A DNA stretch of 63,317 bases, filler included, from Hyphochytrium catenoides (lineage: Eukaryota > Protista > Hyphochytriomycota), in NCBI GenBank assembly GCA_900088475.1. It is 8 parts of 8 records of this genome, joined end to end, with 100 filler letters (N's around TTAATTAATTAA, not from the genome) between each part and the next. Parts side by side here need not be neighbours in the genome. Positions count along the whole stretch, not along the records: positions 1 to 31,947 come from FLMG01003172.1; positions 32,048 to 34,278 come from FLMG01002378.1; positions 34,379 to 39,597 come from FLMG01003884.1; 5 more parts are not named here. One strand, written 5' to 3'. Positions 27,601 to 39,597 of the stretch are shown piece after piece. How positions within the stretch are numbered: position 1 is the first letter of the stretch; each line of letters begins with the position of its first letter. The notes below the pieces were generated by a model. The model was not told the origin of the DNA, searched no databases, and saw only the letters and a list, made by a program, of their open reading frames with translations. Both the position numbers and the translations under genes were made by a program.

Positions 27601-30103
27601 AGGACCAGCTGTTGTCTATGCTTCTTCTGCTTACAGTCTTTACTGACCGGCATATCCTTTCCTCAATACCAGATGCTCGCAACAGACTCCAGTCAACGCA
27701 TTAAGAGCCACATCCACGTATCCACCACGAAGGGCCTCATAGCTGCCATTCAGCTTCGCATAGCCCTTCTCTATCATGCAAACCCTGGCAGAACAAATGA
27801 TATTACCATATATTCTACTGGTGGTCTTGGTCCTTTCCTTTGGCTCTACAGTTCCAGCCCGTAGTACCCTCGCAAACTCTTACTTCGCTTGCTATCTTTA
27901 GGAGGCAATTAATGCACTATTCACTCGGGTACACTTTCTTATCCCGTACAATATCCTCCTCAAACCATCTATACCCTATAGGCTCAAGCCTTCAAGAGTT
28001 TCTGTCTCACCAGAGCTCATTTGGATCCTTGGATCTTCCAAAATAGGGTCTGCCTGGGTTGTTCTTGGAGAAGCCGAAGATCGGGAGGCGGTCATCGAAG
28101 ATGACGTAGTGCCATACACAGTTCTGCACGTTAGCGACGTTAGCAAAAGTGAGTAAGAGAGGCACCAGACTCTTACGAAGCACAGAAAGGAGGTCAAAGT
28201 TGCAGGTGAGAGAAGTCATCTGAACTCTCAGGGAGGCACTTATACACAGGAAAGAATGTTACCCGAAGAGTAGGCACGGACAAGAGAGCAAGTTACACCT
28301 TCATGAAACGGCAAACAAGTATTCCCTGGTCCTTGAAGCTCTCTCCTTTCCAGAAAACTTGTTCCAGAAGCTCGTCCGCGGTAGCCAATACACTCAGTGC
28401 CCCTGGCATGGAAACGGATTGTCAGGAGCCAATCCCAAGGACATACTGGAGGTAACAGCCTAGGGAGCGACGAGGCCTGAACAAAGGGGAGGATACATCC
28501 TGTCCTGCGGAAGAGGTAGCACTGGAACCTGAAGACAAGGCGCTTATCAAGACCAAGAGGTAACTGATTACCCAAAAACCAACAGTCTCCCAAATTTCCC
28601 TGTATGACGTCGCTGCTAGAGGCTCCATCGGCAAACAGTCTTCCACGTGTGCACCACACTTCAGCACTGTTATCTGCGTATTCTTCATCATCCTCTGCGT
28701 CGCCCTGGCTCTCTGTGGAGTTATCGGTTTCTTCGCTGTGGAAATAACATAGGGCCGTTGATGAAGAGAGGCAGGAAACGGGTGAGGCTGCTAATGTCTA
28801 AAAGAGGGTGACTGTTGGTCACAAGCTCGAAGGAGAGGGTAAGACTTTGCTAAGGCGAGTGCCGGAAAATCTATAGAGACAGACGATAAACAGGAAGGGT
28901 TAATCCGGGTGCTGAGCTATGCTTACCTATCCGGGCCACCGTCAGCCCATATTGGGCGATCCCAACGGAGTTTCTCCTCCTTTAGCATCTTCATCACCTG
29001 CTGCTGGAACTGTGAACCATTTCCCTTAGCATATTTCTGCTTATGCGTGCTAGTTAGCGGATTAGCAGTACTTAGAGGGTTGCTTCCTCCTCTCTATGTT
29101 CTCTTTAATGTACTGACAGGACCAATGGAAGCGTCCGTTCCGCTTCATCTACTGTTGTCGGAAAGCCAGTGAAGATATCCCTGCGTTCATCCACTCTCTC
29201 TTCAGCTGAACCCCCCATAATTGTCCTTTAGCTATTCTCACTTTTCTCCGCGCCCTTTTCCACCATCTCGTTTATGGATTAATCGGGCGACCTAAGCCTC
29301 TGTACTAGCCTCCCTCCCTCCTCCTCTTGTTCTTTGAAGCTCACCTGGCAGATACTGGCTCCACCGCTAGGATCAGCCTCTGTTGGCCCAAAGACTGGGT
29401 CACACCACTTCTCCCCATCTTTCTTACACTTCGTAACGAGCTTGGCGACTTTTTTGACCACTAACGCCTCCACAGCCAAGAGTACGGACTCCAAAGCTTC
29501 CCCTTCTAGACTCTCAATCTTAGCCGAGATAATGGTGTCCTCAGCTGAACAGGTGACGTCCACCGCATGCTCCCTGAGGACTTCCTCAAGGCTCCTTTGT
29601 GGCTTTGAGAGCCATTCGTCCAGCTTCTTCTTAGCGCCATTGACGAGCTTGCTAACGATTGGCATGGCTCAACTAGTGGGCAGGAGCAAAGAGACTTGCG
29701 CTGTCCTGTCGACCTCTCCTTCTTTGGGTTAAAGAGCAATACTACTGGAGCACTTCCCCGTCTCCCACATATCAGGATCCTGCTAGGTACTGGGCCATGA
29801 AGACCGGAAAGGACAGTTCTTACCCGTTGCTTTCCGGTCCTCCCTAACAAATTACAATCAAGAGCTGTTTCCGTCAATAGAGGCCTGCACTCCGCTCCGC
29901 TGTCGTGGTCAATCCCTTGCTCCTCCCATCTGTTCCCTGTCTCTCTGCTCCTCTCACTGTCTCGCTCGCTCTTGAGACTGGACACCTTCACTCTTTCTCT
30001 TCTTCTTGATGTCCTTTCGATCGATCGCCGCTGTCGTGAGGACTTCCAAGCCATCATCGCCAAGAGACGCAATCTTCATCCGACGGTGAAATGTTTCATG
30101 GAA
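12621..30103 (-). CDS. Giant multi-exon calpain (CysPc, domain III, EF-hands, 8-Cys zinc finger, C2, coiled coil, WW)
   Basis: Intact catalytic triad QGNLGDCWFL, GLNYKHAYGL, LKLRNPWG, plus WCDPVFGP, DDRLP and IEKGYAKLNGSY. Domain III GRWDEKTAGG..NNPQY. EF loops DRQGTGKI and DRDRNGTISLEEL. Zinc finger CDNC..CAGIPC..FCSLC..CEDC. C2 DVLIGSCELSL..EEWLPL. WW LGPRWELAQTESGRIYYTDHATK|RTQWEHP. Exons run continuously on the minus strand; the 5' end and single-gene status are inferred. Confidence 0.8.
19993..20044. repeat. Perfect 25-bp tandem duplication in an intron
   Basis: GGATAAGTGAAACGAAGCGATCTGT x2. Confidence 0.95.
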
Positions 30104-30778
30104 CTAAATGTTCTCTAAGCTTTATTATGAGCGGAAACAAACGTTATGAGGTTTGCTTCAGAAAGATTGTGCTCTTTTCAATGCTGGGAGGCCGTTTCTG
30201 ATGCGTTGCTGCTGCTTTTCGCCGCGTCACAGGCACCGCCTTCGTCGATGATGATGTTGATGGACCGAGCGCTCGTTCTCTCCCTTTAGTTGCTCTCTCG
30301 CTCGCTCGCGCACGCCCCTGCGCTCTCCCTGTTCGATAAAAGACACATCCTCTCTCCCGTCTATCAACCGATCAGGGTGGCCTCTCTCTTCCGCCTTCAA
30401 CTTGTTAAACTCTTTCGAGCGTTTTTGTCTCTTGTTGCCTGCCGTTCCCTAGTCCGGCTCCACTCTGCCTCTAGCCTGTTATCACCTGACTACTACTTCG
30501 GTTGCTGCTTCGTCCTGTTGCACTGAGTTCGCACTGCGGAGTTGTGCCCTTGCCTCAATCTGACTTTCCAGTGTGGAGGCTGCCTTTGTGAGCATACGGA
30601 GGTAGCATCTCTTAGCAGCAGCGAACTACGAGGACTAGGAAGGACGTGCTACGTGGCGTGATTCTAGCGAAGAGACTAGAGTCTACAGAAGTATAGGAAT
30701 GAAGAGAAGCATGGAAAGCCTTTCGCTTCCATAAGGCTTGCCTTCAGCTTGCCGCCTGACTCATAAAAGTACAAAGCC

Positions 30779-31947
30779 ATGGGTAACTTGTGCGGCATCC
30801 AGCGTTCCTCAACCAGGCAACGCAAGGGCTCAGATGAAGACGATGAAGCCTTTGAGGAGACAGGGGAGGCAGTGCGGCTGGTCCCCGAGGTTCTTCCGTT
30901 CGACAACCTCTCGCAGGAGGAGGTCGAGACCCTCTTTTTCACGTTATTCGAGTTGCCAGAAAGCTTCTTAGTGGACAGAGCCGGCTTCTATGAAATTGGC
31001 GGGGCTCTTGCTTTGAAGACAGGAGAGTCCTTAATGGCAATGAGAGAGAAGGCAGAAAACCTCTTTGACTGCTTTGATGTGGAAGAAAGTAACGTGGTAG
31101 GCACGGCTACATTCTTCCTCGCAGTCTGAAGGCTCTAGAATGGCAGGGTGTCAGCCCGCCAGAACCATCTTGAAAGCCAAGAACCTCTTTGCTCCGTTGC
31201 CTATAGTTCTATACCTGACTGCGCCTCAGCGGCTTGTGCTCTCTCTTCTCTTTTTGCCACTTTCAGGGTGTCGCCGTCTCCCAATGGTACTTCTATCTCG
31301 AAGCCTCTTTCCCTCTCCTTTGTTTGTCCTGATGTCTGTGGCTTCGCGGCTTCTACTCACAGAAGCTTAGCGTGCTGACTAGTGTTGCCTCGTTGCTTGC
31401 AGATCGATGCCATGGAGGTGCTGACAGCGCTTACCTTTATTGCCCAGTTCCCGGACGAAGAAAAGATTAACGTTCTTTTCGACAGTCTGAGAACCTCAGA
31501 ATCAGGTAGACAGCGCGGTCGACCTGCTTGGTCGGTGGTATATCTCCATCGATGTCTCTTTCATCTCGGTTCTGCTTGCTTTGCCTTTCTTCTGGATGGT
31601 GTAACGCTGATCCCTTGACTTCTCCTTCTATTGTATCGCCATAGCGTCATGGGTCTCGTAAGTGAGGCAGACGTTAACGCTCGCTTGGCTTACTTTCGTC
31701 TCAGATCTCTTGGAATTCCATGAAATCGTGCTCGGACTGAAGTCCTGCATCACCGGTCTAATAAAGATCAACGCCAATGCCAGAGCCAAAATGACCCAGG
31801 AGAAGAGCACTCTCGCCCTCGATGAAGATCTGGAGGAGGAGTGTTATGACTTCACCTGCAAGCTGTTACAGCCACTGTTCAAGAAAGGCAAAGGAGAAGA
31901 GCGAGAAAAAGTAGAGATGGTAAAACACAGCCAAAAGAGGGACAAGG
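30779..31947 (+). CDS. N-myristoylated EF-hand protein (calcineurin B/NCS-like), 3'-truncated by a gap
   Basis: MGNLCG N-terminus. ENLFDCFDVEESNV|IDAMEVLTALTFIA..DEEKINVLFDSL..SESG|DLLEFHEIVLGL follows the CBL/NCS-like EF-hand pattern. Confidence 0.7.
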
Positions 31948-32047
31948 NNNNNNNNNNNNNNNNNNNNNNNNNNNNNNNNNNNNNNNNNNNNTTAATTAAT
32001 TAANNNNNNNNNNNNNNNNNNNNNNNNNNNNNNNNNNNNNNNNNNNN
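31948..32047. other. Artificial contig linker N44-TTAATTAATTAA-N44
   Basis: Six-frame stop linker. It recurs at 34279-34378, 39598-39697, 47995-48094, 50092-50191, 59847-59946 and 61543-61642. Plain N gaps lie at 44827-44875 and 37730-37739. Confidence 0.98.
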
Positions 32048-32588
32048 CAGCAGCGGGATAGCACTAGTAACAACAACAGTGTCCCCCTATTCAGCTTGTT
32101 GTGAGAATAAATGATGATGACGCTCCGTTGTCTCCCTCCAACTAACTTACGAACGACGACGTCTGAGCCCCTGTTTTTATCAAGATTCAAAGCCCTTCCT
32201 CTCCTCGCTAACTTACGAACGACGACGTCTGAGCCCCTGTTTTTATCATGATTCAAAGCCCTTCCTCTCCTCGCAAATGTCTTCCCTTCTCTTGTCTTTC
32301 GAGTAATGTTGGAAAAGTGTGACAGAGTTCTCCTCCTGCTGATGATATTGAACAACAATGTGTCCTTAGTAGTGGACCCCTTTCTACTGCTGACAACCTA
32401 TTCCTTCTCCTTGGAGCTAGTACATTTGCGAGGAGAGGAAGGGCTTTGAATCTTGATAAAAACAGGGGCTCAGACGTCGTCGTTCGTAAGTTAGTTGGAG
32501 GGAGACGACGGAGCGTCATCATCATTTATTCTCACAACAAGCCGAATAGGGGGACACTGTTGTTGTTACTAGTGCTATCCCGCTGCTG
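32048..32588. repeat. Long inverted repeat (fold-back) with an internal tandem duplication at a contig start
   Basis: 32048-32208 is the near-perfect reverse complement of 32428-32588. 32209-32274 duplicates 32143-32208. Confidence 0.92.
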
Positions 32589-34387
32589 GTACAAAGAACT
32601 AAGCAAGGTTGGCCATTAACCTCACCTTGATCACCACCAAGGGCTCTTGCCTTCCTCTTCTCTGTTCCCTTCGTCCCGCCTTGGCCATTATATTGCTTGT
32701 CCTTTCTGGCGATAGACTTCCTGGAGGGGTTCAAGGAGGAGGTGGAGGAGGATGCACCTACGTTCACTTCAACTCGTGATGATGACGATCGGGATGTCGA
32801 TCTCGATGACCCCTCCTTTGCCTTTCCGGCGGATACTACATTATTGCTTGCGTCGTCTTCTTCATGCCCGTCTTGCTCTTTGTCAACACCAAGCTCTCCT
32901 TGATGTCGTGCGTCTCCTCTTATTGAGCTACGATATGAGAAGAGTGCACAAGCGAGGTTACCACCAAAAATTTGGAAGTAGACTTAAGATGATAGTGGTA
33001 ATAGCCACAGAATGGAACACCTCAAGAAACTAATATAGCAGGGATCCCAGGGTAAACACGGCGAGTCATGAAAGGCAACGACGCACGCCACCATAGTACA
33101 GACTATTTAAGGCAGGCAAGGCAGGCGGCAGCAGCACTAGGTACAATATAAAAGGCAAGCTGGCTACAAGAGAAAAAGCCAAGTAATAGTGAAGAATGAG
33201 GGCCACGATGATGCTTGGATTGAGGAGGGACCGCTACGAAGAAAGAGACATGCGCACCTCGAATAGGGATGGCTGCTATTCCTCCTTTCCTTCCTCCCTA
33301 ATGACAGAGATGAGGTAGCAGATGCTCGACTGTTTCTACCTGCCGGTACTTGAGATCCGCCAGCAACAGAACCATCTGCCCTGAGCCCGAATCCCTCATC
33401 TCGAAATTGCGGTGTGGGGCTCTCCTCAGGAGAAGAAGAAGAGGAATTGAGTGTAGCTCTTTTGGCTCTGCTTTCTATTATTGTCCTATCATCGCAGCAG
33501 CAACCACCGTGAATGAGTCACCAATAATGAAGAAGAAGCAAGAAGGTAGTAGTGAAGAAGAGGAATCAAATATAGGGAGAAAAAACTAGAGGGTCGCGTA
33601 GATTCCAATAAAGGAATGGCTTGACGAGAGGAAGAAGAAAGGAGGTACAGAAGGCACAAATGGCTACTAGTAGAGGAGAGTCCTAGAAGAAGGAGCAGCA
33701 CCCAAGACGCAGCAGCCAATTTTGACAGCCGAGCATATGAAGAAGAAGGTAGGTTAGGATAGGTCAGCTGCTGCAACTCGTCACTTGTTAGGGTGGGGGA
33801 AAAGAAGGAGAAGACGCTGATAAATAAATAATAAGATAGCGAATAAACATGCTCTTTTAGCATCATTGTTTACGGCAGACCTCCCCTAACGACGGGAAAG
33901 AAGAAAAGATGGCACTCATCAAGGCAAACATCCTCTGCCGGACGGAGGAAAAGAGAAGGTGGATAAAGTGCATCCAGCCCTGAGAAGCAGTATAAAAAAG
34001 AGAAGGTGTTGAAGATAGCACTTGTAGAGGAAGATATACAAAAGCACAACTAAATATGAGAAACAAGAGATGGTAGCCTGACCTCCTGGCAATCTCTCTT
34101 CGATTGGTCATTTTGCATCCGCAAAGCTTCTTTCCTATCAGCTCCCTAATAGAAGTACCAGTGAAATACATCCAGGAAACAAGCGCATACGTGGTGGACA
34201 CCTTATGACGGAAACAGGAGAATAGCTACTAATAGGAAGCTGAAGATTTTGAATGACAAAGTATGAGACTTACCCGCTNNNNNNNNNNNNNNNNNNNNNN
34301 NNNNNNNNNNNNNNNNNNNNNNTTAATTAATTAANNNNNNNNNNNNNNNNNNNNNNNNNNNNNNNNNNNNNNNNNNNNAAAAGAGAA

Positions 34388-35797
34388 ATGGCACTCGTCG
34401 CGCCGTTTCTCCAGTCAGGAGCGCGCGCTTCGATGGGCCACAACCCCATCAGAGGAGGAGAAGGAGGAGGGAGCAGCCCCACGGGTGGAGGCTACTTTCC
34501 TCTCTCTCCTCAAAGTTTAGCGGAAGAGAGAGAGAGAATAAACAGAGGACATTTCTCTCTCCCGCAGGAGAGAGACAGAGAACAGCATCAAGGAACGGAA
34601 GGGCCCTTTCGGTCTCTCTTCCAGGCACCGGGTCACTTACTGGCTAGAAGCTTTATTATGGGAGGAGAAAGAAGAGAGACGGCGACACTTTCTCCAACAT
34701 TTCCTCCCCGTGCCTTAGATGACCTTCCCTATAGAGAGAGAAGAGACAGAAGACGCGAGAGAGAAAGCGTGGAGATGCCTCTTCGTGGTGTCGAGCCAAC
34801 ACAACGAAGCTGGAGAGATGCTAGTCTATATGCAGAGAGAGAGAGAGAGAGAGACGCATCAATGTCTCTCTCTTCTTCTACCTTCAGACCGCGCTCTTTC
34901 TCTTCCTCCATCCCTGTTCGGGCACGGGCTAGCGACAGCAATAGCAGTAGAAGAGGGAGAGTGCCGAGTCGAGAGAGACGGGGACAGCCTCCTGCGGCCA
35001 GACGAAGAGGAGAGAGAAGTTGGGAGACAGACCGAAGGGAAAGAAGAAGAGGGGAAGAGGAAGGAGAGGAAGAAGAAGAAGAGCAAAGTACGACGCTTCC
35101 CTGCGGTGTCAGTGGCTGTTTCCGATATGCAAAGATCCAGGGGCTCTGTCTGGGCCATCACATGCGGATGTCAGCGTCTCTCTCTCCAACTTCTCTCTCT
35201 TCCTTTCTCTCCTCTTCTGGCGGCCCTCGGTCTTTTGACCCCAGACAGAGAGAGACAGAGTTCTACTTGGAAGAAAGGGAGAAAGAAGGACCAAGAGGTG
35301 CCACAGCTTTCTCTCTTTCCCGAAGGATAGAAGGGTCTACCTCCACTGTCGAAGGGAGAAGAAGAACCTCATCTTTCCCGTCTCTCTCCTCGTCTTCTCG
35401 TCTCTCTTCTTCGGCCTCTCTCCCATTCGAAGAACCGTCATCCAGCGGCTCGAAGAAAATCTGCAGAGTTCCTGGCTGCAAGAGCTTAGTGAAGACAAAG
35501 GGACTGTGCAAGCGGCACGGAGGAGGCATCAGATGCAAGCATGAGAACTGCCCGAAGAGTGCTAAGAGAGGCGGCTTCTGCATCAGGCACGGAGGAGGGA
35601 TCTGTCAGGTGGAAGGCTGTAAAAGCGGAGAGAGAAAGAACAGAATGTGTGCCTATCATAATAATAGGCTCAGGGGAGAGGCAGAGAAAGAAGAAGACAA
35701 GACTGGGTCTTCCTCTACTGGTCTTCTTCCTATGGAGGAGGAGAAGGCGGAAGTCAAGAGTCAAGAAGCGACTGCCGCCGCGTCAGAAGAGAGTTGA
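34388..35797 (+). CDS. WRKY19-like zinc-finger repeat protein (intronless)
   Basis: 469-aa ORF with repeats CGVSGC..GLCLGH, CRVPGCKSLVKTKGLCKRHGGG, CKHENCPKSAKRGGFCIRHGGG and CQVEGC..MCAYH. Confidence 0.85.
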   Translation: MALVAPFLQSGARASMGHNPIRGGEGGGSSPTGGGYFPLSPQSLAEERERINRGHFSLPQERDREQHQGTEGPFRSLFQAPGHLLARSFIMGGERRETATLSPTFPPRALDDLPYRERRDRRRERESVEMPLRGVEPTQRSWRDASLYAERERERDASMSLSSSTFRPRSFSSSIPVRARASDSNSSRRGRVPSRERRGQPPAARRRGERSWETDRRERRRGEEEGEEEEEEQSTTLPCGVSGCFRYAKIQGLCLGHHMRMSASLSPTSLSSFLSSSGGPRSFDPRQRETEFYLEEREKEGPRGATAFSLSRRIEGSTSTVEGRRRTSSFPSLSSSSRLSSSASLPFEEPSSSGSKKICRVPGCKSLVKTKGLCKRHGGGIRCKHENCPKSAKRGGFCIRHGGGICQVEGCKSGERKNRMCAYHNNRLRGEAEKEEDKTGSSSTGLLPMEEEKAEVKSQEATAAASEES

Positions 35798-36075
35798 TGG
35801 AAAGAGAGAGAGAAAGGAGAGAGGGAAAGAGGAAAAAGAGAGTGGGCGAGACTATCTGTGCCCAGGACAGACAATTTTGGAGAGAGAAGAGTCCTTTCCT
35901 CGTGTTGTTACCTCTCTTTCACTCTCAGAGTTAGAATGAGGAGAGAGAGACAGAGAGAGAGAGATCTAGAAGAGTGAGAGGGAAGACAAAGAGCGGTGTG
36001 TCTGTGCAATAGAGAGAAACCTAGTCGACGTTAAATCAGCCGGAATAACTTATATAAAAGCTTTGTACATTTTCT

Positions 36076-39068
36076 CTACCCAAATAAGAACACTTTGAAG
36101 CGACAGGACGGAAGAAGAGAACATAGCGCCAACAGAGAGAGAGGACAGTGCACAGATTGAGAGAAGAACAACGAGAGAGAGAGACACCCACACGCACAGA
36201 GACCCAGGCAAATCACGGCGAGAGGTTTGACATCATTGAATAGGGCAAAAGGAAAGAGGAGAGATGAAGACAGAGATGCAAGAGTGAAGAAGCCAAGATA
36301 GAGCTCGTGGTTACGGGCGGAAGAAGAGAATAGCTTCCATGGCATTCACAGCAGGAGGACAAGGAGACAATGGTATCAATCCGAAAGAGGCACCTAGAAG
36401 GCCAACCTGACAGGGAAAGAAGGAGAGAACTTAAGGAGGGAGAACTGTTCTGTGCAAGTCCAGGTTCAGGATTGAGAGGGCCGTGCTTGGGCCTCTCCTT
36501 CCCTCTCTCTCTCTCTCTCTCTCTCTTCCTCTCTCTTCCTTTTATTATTTAGTCGGGAGAGGCGTAGGATAGAGCTCTGTCCTCCTTTCTCCCTCTCTCT
36601 CTTGACAGCTGGAGCATTGTGGCTGTTTAGATAGCATTCACAGGGTTCTCACCCAGGTCAGTCTTCTGGGCTCTCTTCCTGGCGCGAGAGAGCTACCTCC
36701 GCATTCTTCTCCCAGCTTCTCACTTGCTCTTGCTGCCGTTCTGTGAGGAGCTGGAAGGCTAGAGTGACAACCTTAGCCGTTCGGGCATTGCGTCTGTCCC
36801 TGTTGCCACTCTTTCCCGACCTCTCCCGCTCTGCGTCTCTTGCTCCACTCTCTCTCTGACGTACTTCTCCCCTTTCGTGTCTCTCTCCTCCCAGATCTGG
36901 ATCAACTTCCCTATGTAAGGCCTCTCTCCCTAGCACTTACTCTCTCCCTTCTTTGTTTCTCTAGCCACTGTGTCCGCTTGGTTCTCTTACCTTTGTGGCT
37001 TGGACTCTGAGGAGATAGAAAGGAAGCCAGGAAGCCCATTGCGCACTCAATGGTGGAAGAACGCATAGAAGACCGGCGAAAGTAACCTGCCTTACTTCCT
37101 GAAAGAGACGACATTGACGTCATGGAAGAGAGAACGAGCGAGAGAGAGAGAGAGAGAGAGAGAGATGTACCACATAGAAGAGACGCCGAAAGAGTGACTG
37201 TGAGAGAAGTCTAAAGTTCTAAGAGAATATGTGTCACGGAAAGAGAGAACTTTGTTCGAGAGAGAGAAAAGGAGAAAGAGAGACACCGCACGTTCTTCTT
37301 CATCGTAAAAACGAGCTGTCGAGTCCCGCTGATGGTGACTAGCAAAGAGAGGGGAGGAGGAGAGAGGGAGAGAGAGAGGGAAAGCGAGAGAGACAAAGAG
37401 AAAGTCGAGAGAGACGGCGCAGAGAGCCTGAGTTAGAAAGGAGAGAGAGCCTGAGACCTTGCAAGGGTCCGCTCTGTAGCAGCTGCTGTACGACTGTGAA
37501 GTACATTGTGGCCATCTCTCTGACTGCTAAGCCTAAGATAACATCAGAGACACCTTCCTCTTCCTTCGCCATCATCGTCTGGTCATGAAGAGCTTGTCCA
37601 AGCCGGAGGACGCGTTCTGCAAAACAGAGTTACGGATAAGAGTTAGCTGGACAAGAGAGAGAGAGAGACAGATGCTGAGAGAGAAAGAGAGAGAGAGAGA
37701 GAGGGGAGAGAGAGAGAGAGAGAGAGAGANNNNNNNNNNGGGGAAACGAGGAGGAAGAGAGAGTAGGGAGCGCAGCAATCATGAAGAAGTGGCGCGTGGC
37801 GGGTAATGTTCTCATAAGATGAGTAACCCCGCCAAGAGAGAGAACTCTTCTCTCTATACTCCTTCGCCCCTTTCATACCCCTTTCTTCCCTTCTCTTCTC
37901 TTCATCGCCCTGTCAACCTACCGCTGCAGGCGCTCCAGCGCTTTTCCATCGCCTCATCTACGGGCTGTCGTCTATGCTTCGCCTTGCCGAGTCGTGGCCC
38001 TGGCGCAAAGGACTCTGTGATGTCCGCAGCTGCCCGATCACACTCTCTCCGGAAGCTTTGAACTGCAGGCAGTTCAGTAACAAGGCTATGGGGACATAGC
38101 GATGAGGGGCATGCAGGGAGAAAGACAGAGACAGAGAGAGGAGAGAGAGAAGAAGAGAGAGAGAGAGAGACAGAGAAAGAGGTCAAGCGACTCAGAAAGA
38201 GAATGAGTCTGAAGAAGCCCAGGCCCTCCGCCTCCCCGCTCCTGCCTGTCAAGGTCTTCTTACCGCCTGCATTGGCTCTGAGTCAAGGGCTTTCGCTCTT
38301 CTTCAGCCGCACCAGCTGCACTCCTTACTTGGTCATCGTCTTCCGTCATAGCTGCCCCCTGAGTCACCATGGAGTCGAGCGGAGTGTCATCCGCTACGTC
38401 ATCTGCAAAGCTCTCTAAAGAGAGAGCTGCTATCTCTCTGTGCCTCTGGCGGTAGTCCTGAAGCCATTTCTTCTTCTGCTTCCCTGAGTGACGCTTCCGC
38501 CGCGGCCTCGATTGAGGCGTCGCATTGGCGCCTCCAAATGATTGCAGCATCGGTCCCCTAAGATGCCTTGCTTGCTGCTGCCTGATCCTCCTCTACCCGG
38601 CTCGTTTGTCCGTCCCGCTCTCTTGTGTTACCTGCCTTTCTTGCTCTCTCTCTCTCTCTCTGCCTCTGTCTGACCTCTTTGGCCTCTCTACTGTCACTTT
38701 GCTTGAGAACCTGACAGGAACATTGTCCTTTCAGAATCTCTTCCTCGACATCTTTCCCAGTTCTGGCAGCGAGGAGGAGGATCTCATCACGAAGAAATAG
38801 GAATGAAGATGAAGAGCAATCAGATACTCTATGCCATTTATCCGGAATAGTAGGGGCGCCGATAACGAATAGGGAATCATGAGAAGCTGAAGGTTTCCCA
38901 TTGATCTTGTACAATATTACAGCAGGCCGAGGCTTAGAGTTAAGAATAACTTTCAACTGTGATAAATTCAAAAGATGGTGCTTCAGCATAGATTCCGAAC
39001 TGGTCTGCATGGCTAAATACATTCTTCTTTCGCTCGCTCTCGCTCTCTCTCTCTCTCCTCTCTCTCTC

Positions 39069-39100
<32 letters not shown>

Positions 39101-39102
39101 TT

Positions 39103-39134
<32 letters not shown>

Positions 39135-39226
39135 TCCCCTCCTCTTTCCCTTCTCCCCATCTGCCATCGCCTCAAAAAGACTCCAGCTATCTGCAAGACC
39201 AAAAGCTTCATCTCATGAGTCCTCAT
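36076..39226 (-). CDS. Hypothetical multi-exon protein
   Basis: Exon-like segments (e.g. EGVSDVILGLAVREMATMYFTVVQQLL, KKKWLQDYRQRHREIAALSLE) are separated by CT-microsatellite introns. No family recognised; boundaries are approximate. Confidence 0.4.
39030..39135. repeat. (CT/GA)n microsatellite; similar tracts at ~13525-13550, 37660-37730, 59015-59070, 62380-62520 and 63175-63195
   Basis: Visible dinucleotide runs. Confidence 0.95.
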
Positions 39227-39386
39227 TCTTCCTCACACGCGCCGCCATCCGCCCACCAATTGATCACTTGCTCTCAAATTTCTGCTCGTCACTCCGCCTC
39301 TCTCTCTCTCTCTCTCCCTTTCTCTCTGTGGGGCCTCTCTTATTCTCCACTTTGCCATCCAAGAACTCTACCGCCGAAGCACCCAA

Positions 39387-39597
39387 TGGCCTCTCTCGCT
39401 GAAAAGGAAGAGAACCAAGTATCCCAGTCCACTGGTGCCTCTCTTCCTGTGGAGGGAGAGAGAGAAGACGCGTCCCCTCCCGCTGTGGAGATAAATTATA
39501 ACTTTGTGGCAGGCTCTTATGCCGTGGGCAGCTTCCTCTCGATCCTGCTCTACCTCGCCCACCACTTCTATGGATCCTTAGAAGGCTATTGGATTGT
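39387..39597 (+). CDS. Hypothetical membrane protein, 3'-truncated by a gap
   Basis: ATG follows a CT-rich leader. An acidic N-terminus leads into a TM segment FVAGSYAVGSFLSILLYLA; the frame stays open into the gap. Confidence 0.45.

Noticed and set aside
31992-32003. Recurrent TTAATTAATTAA palindrome
   Set aside because: Always centred in 100-nt N gaps, so it is an artificial scaffolding linker.
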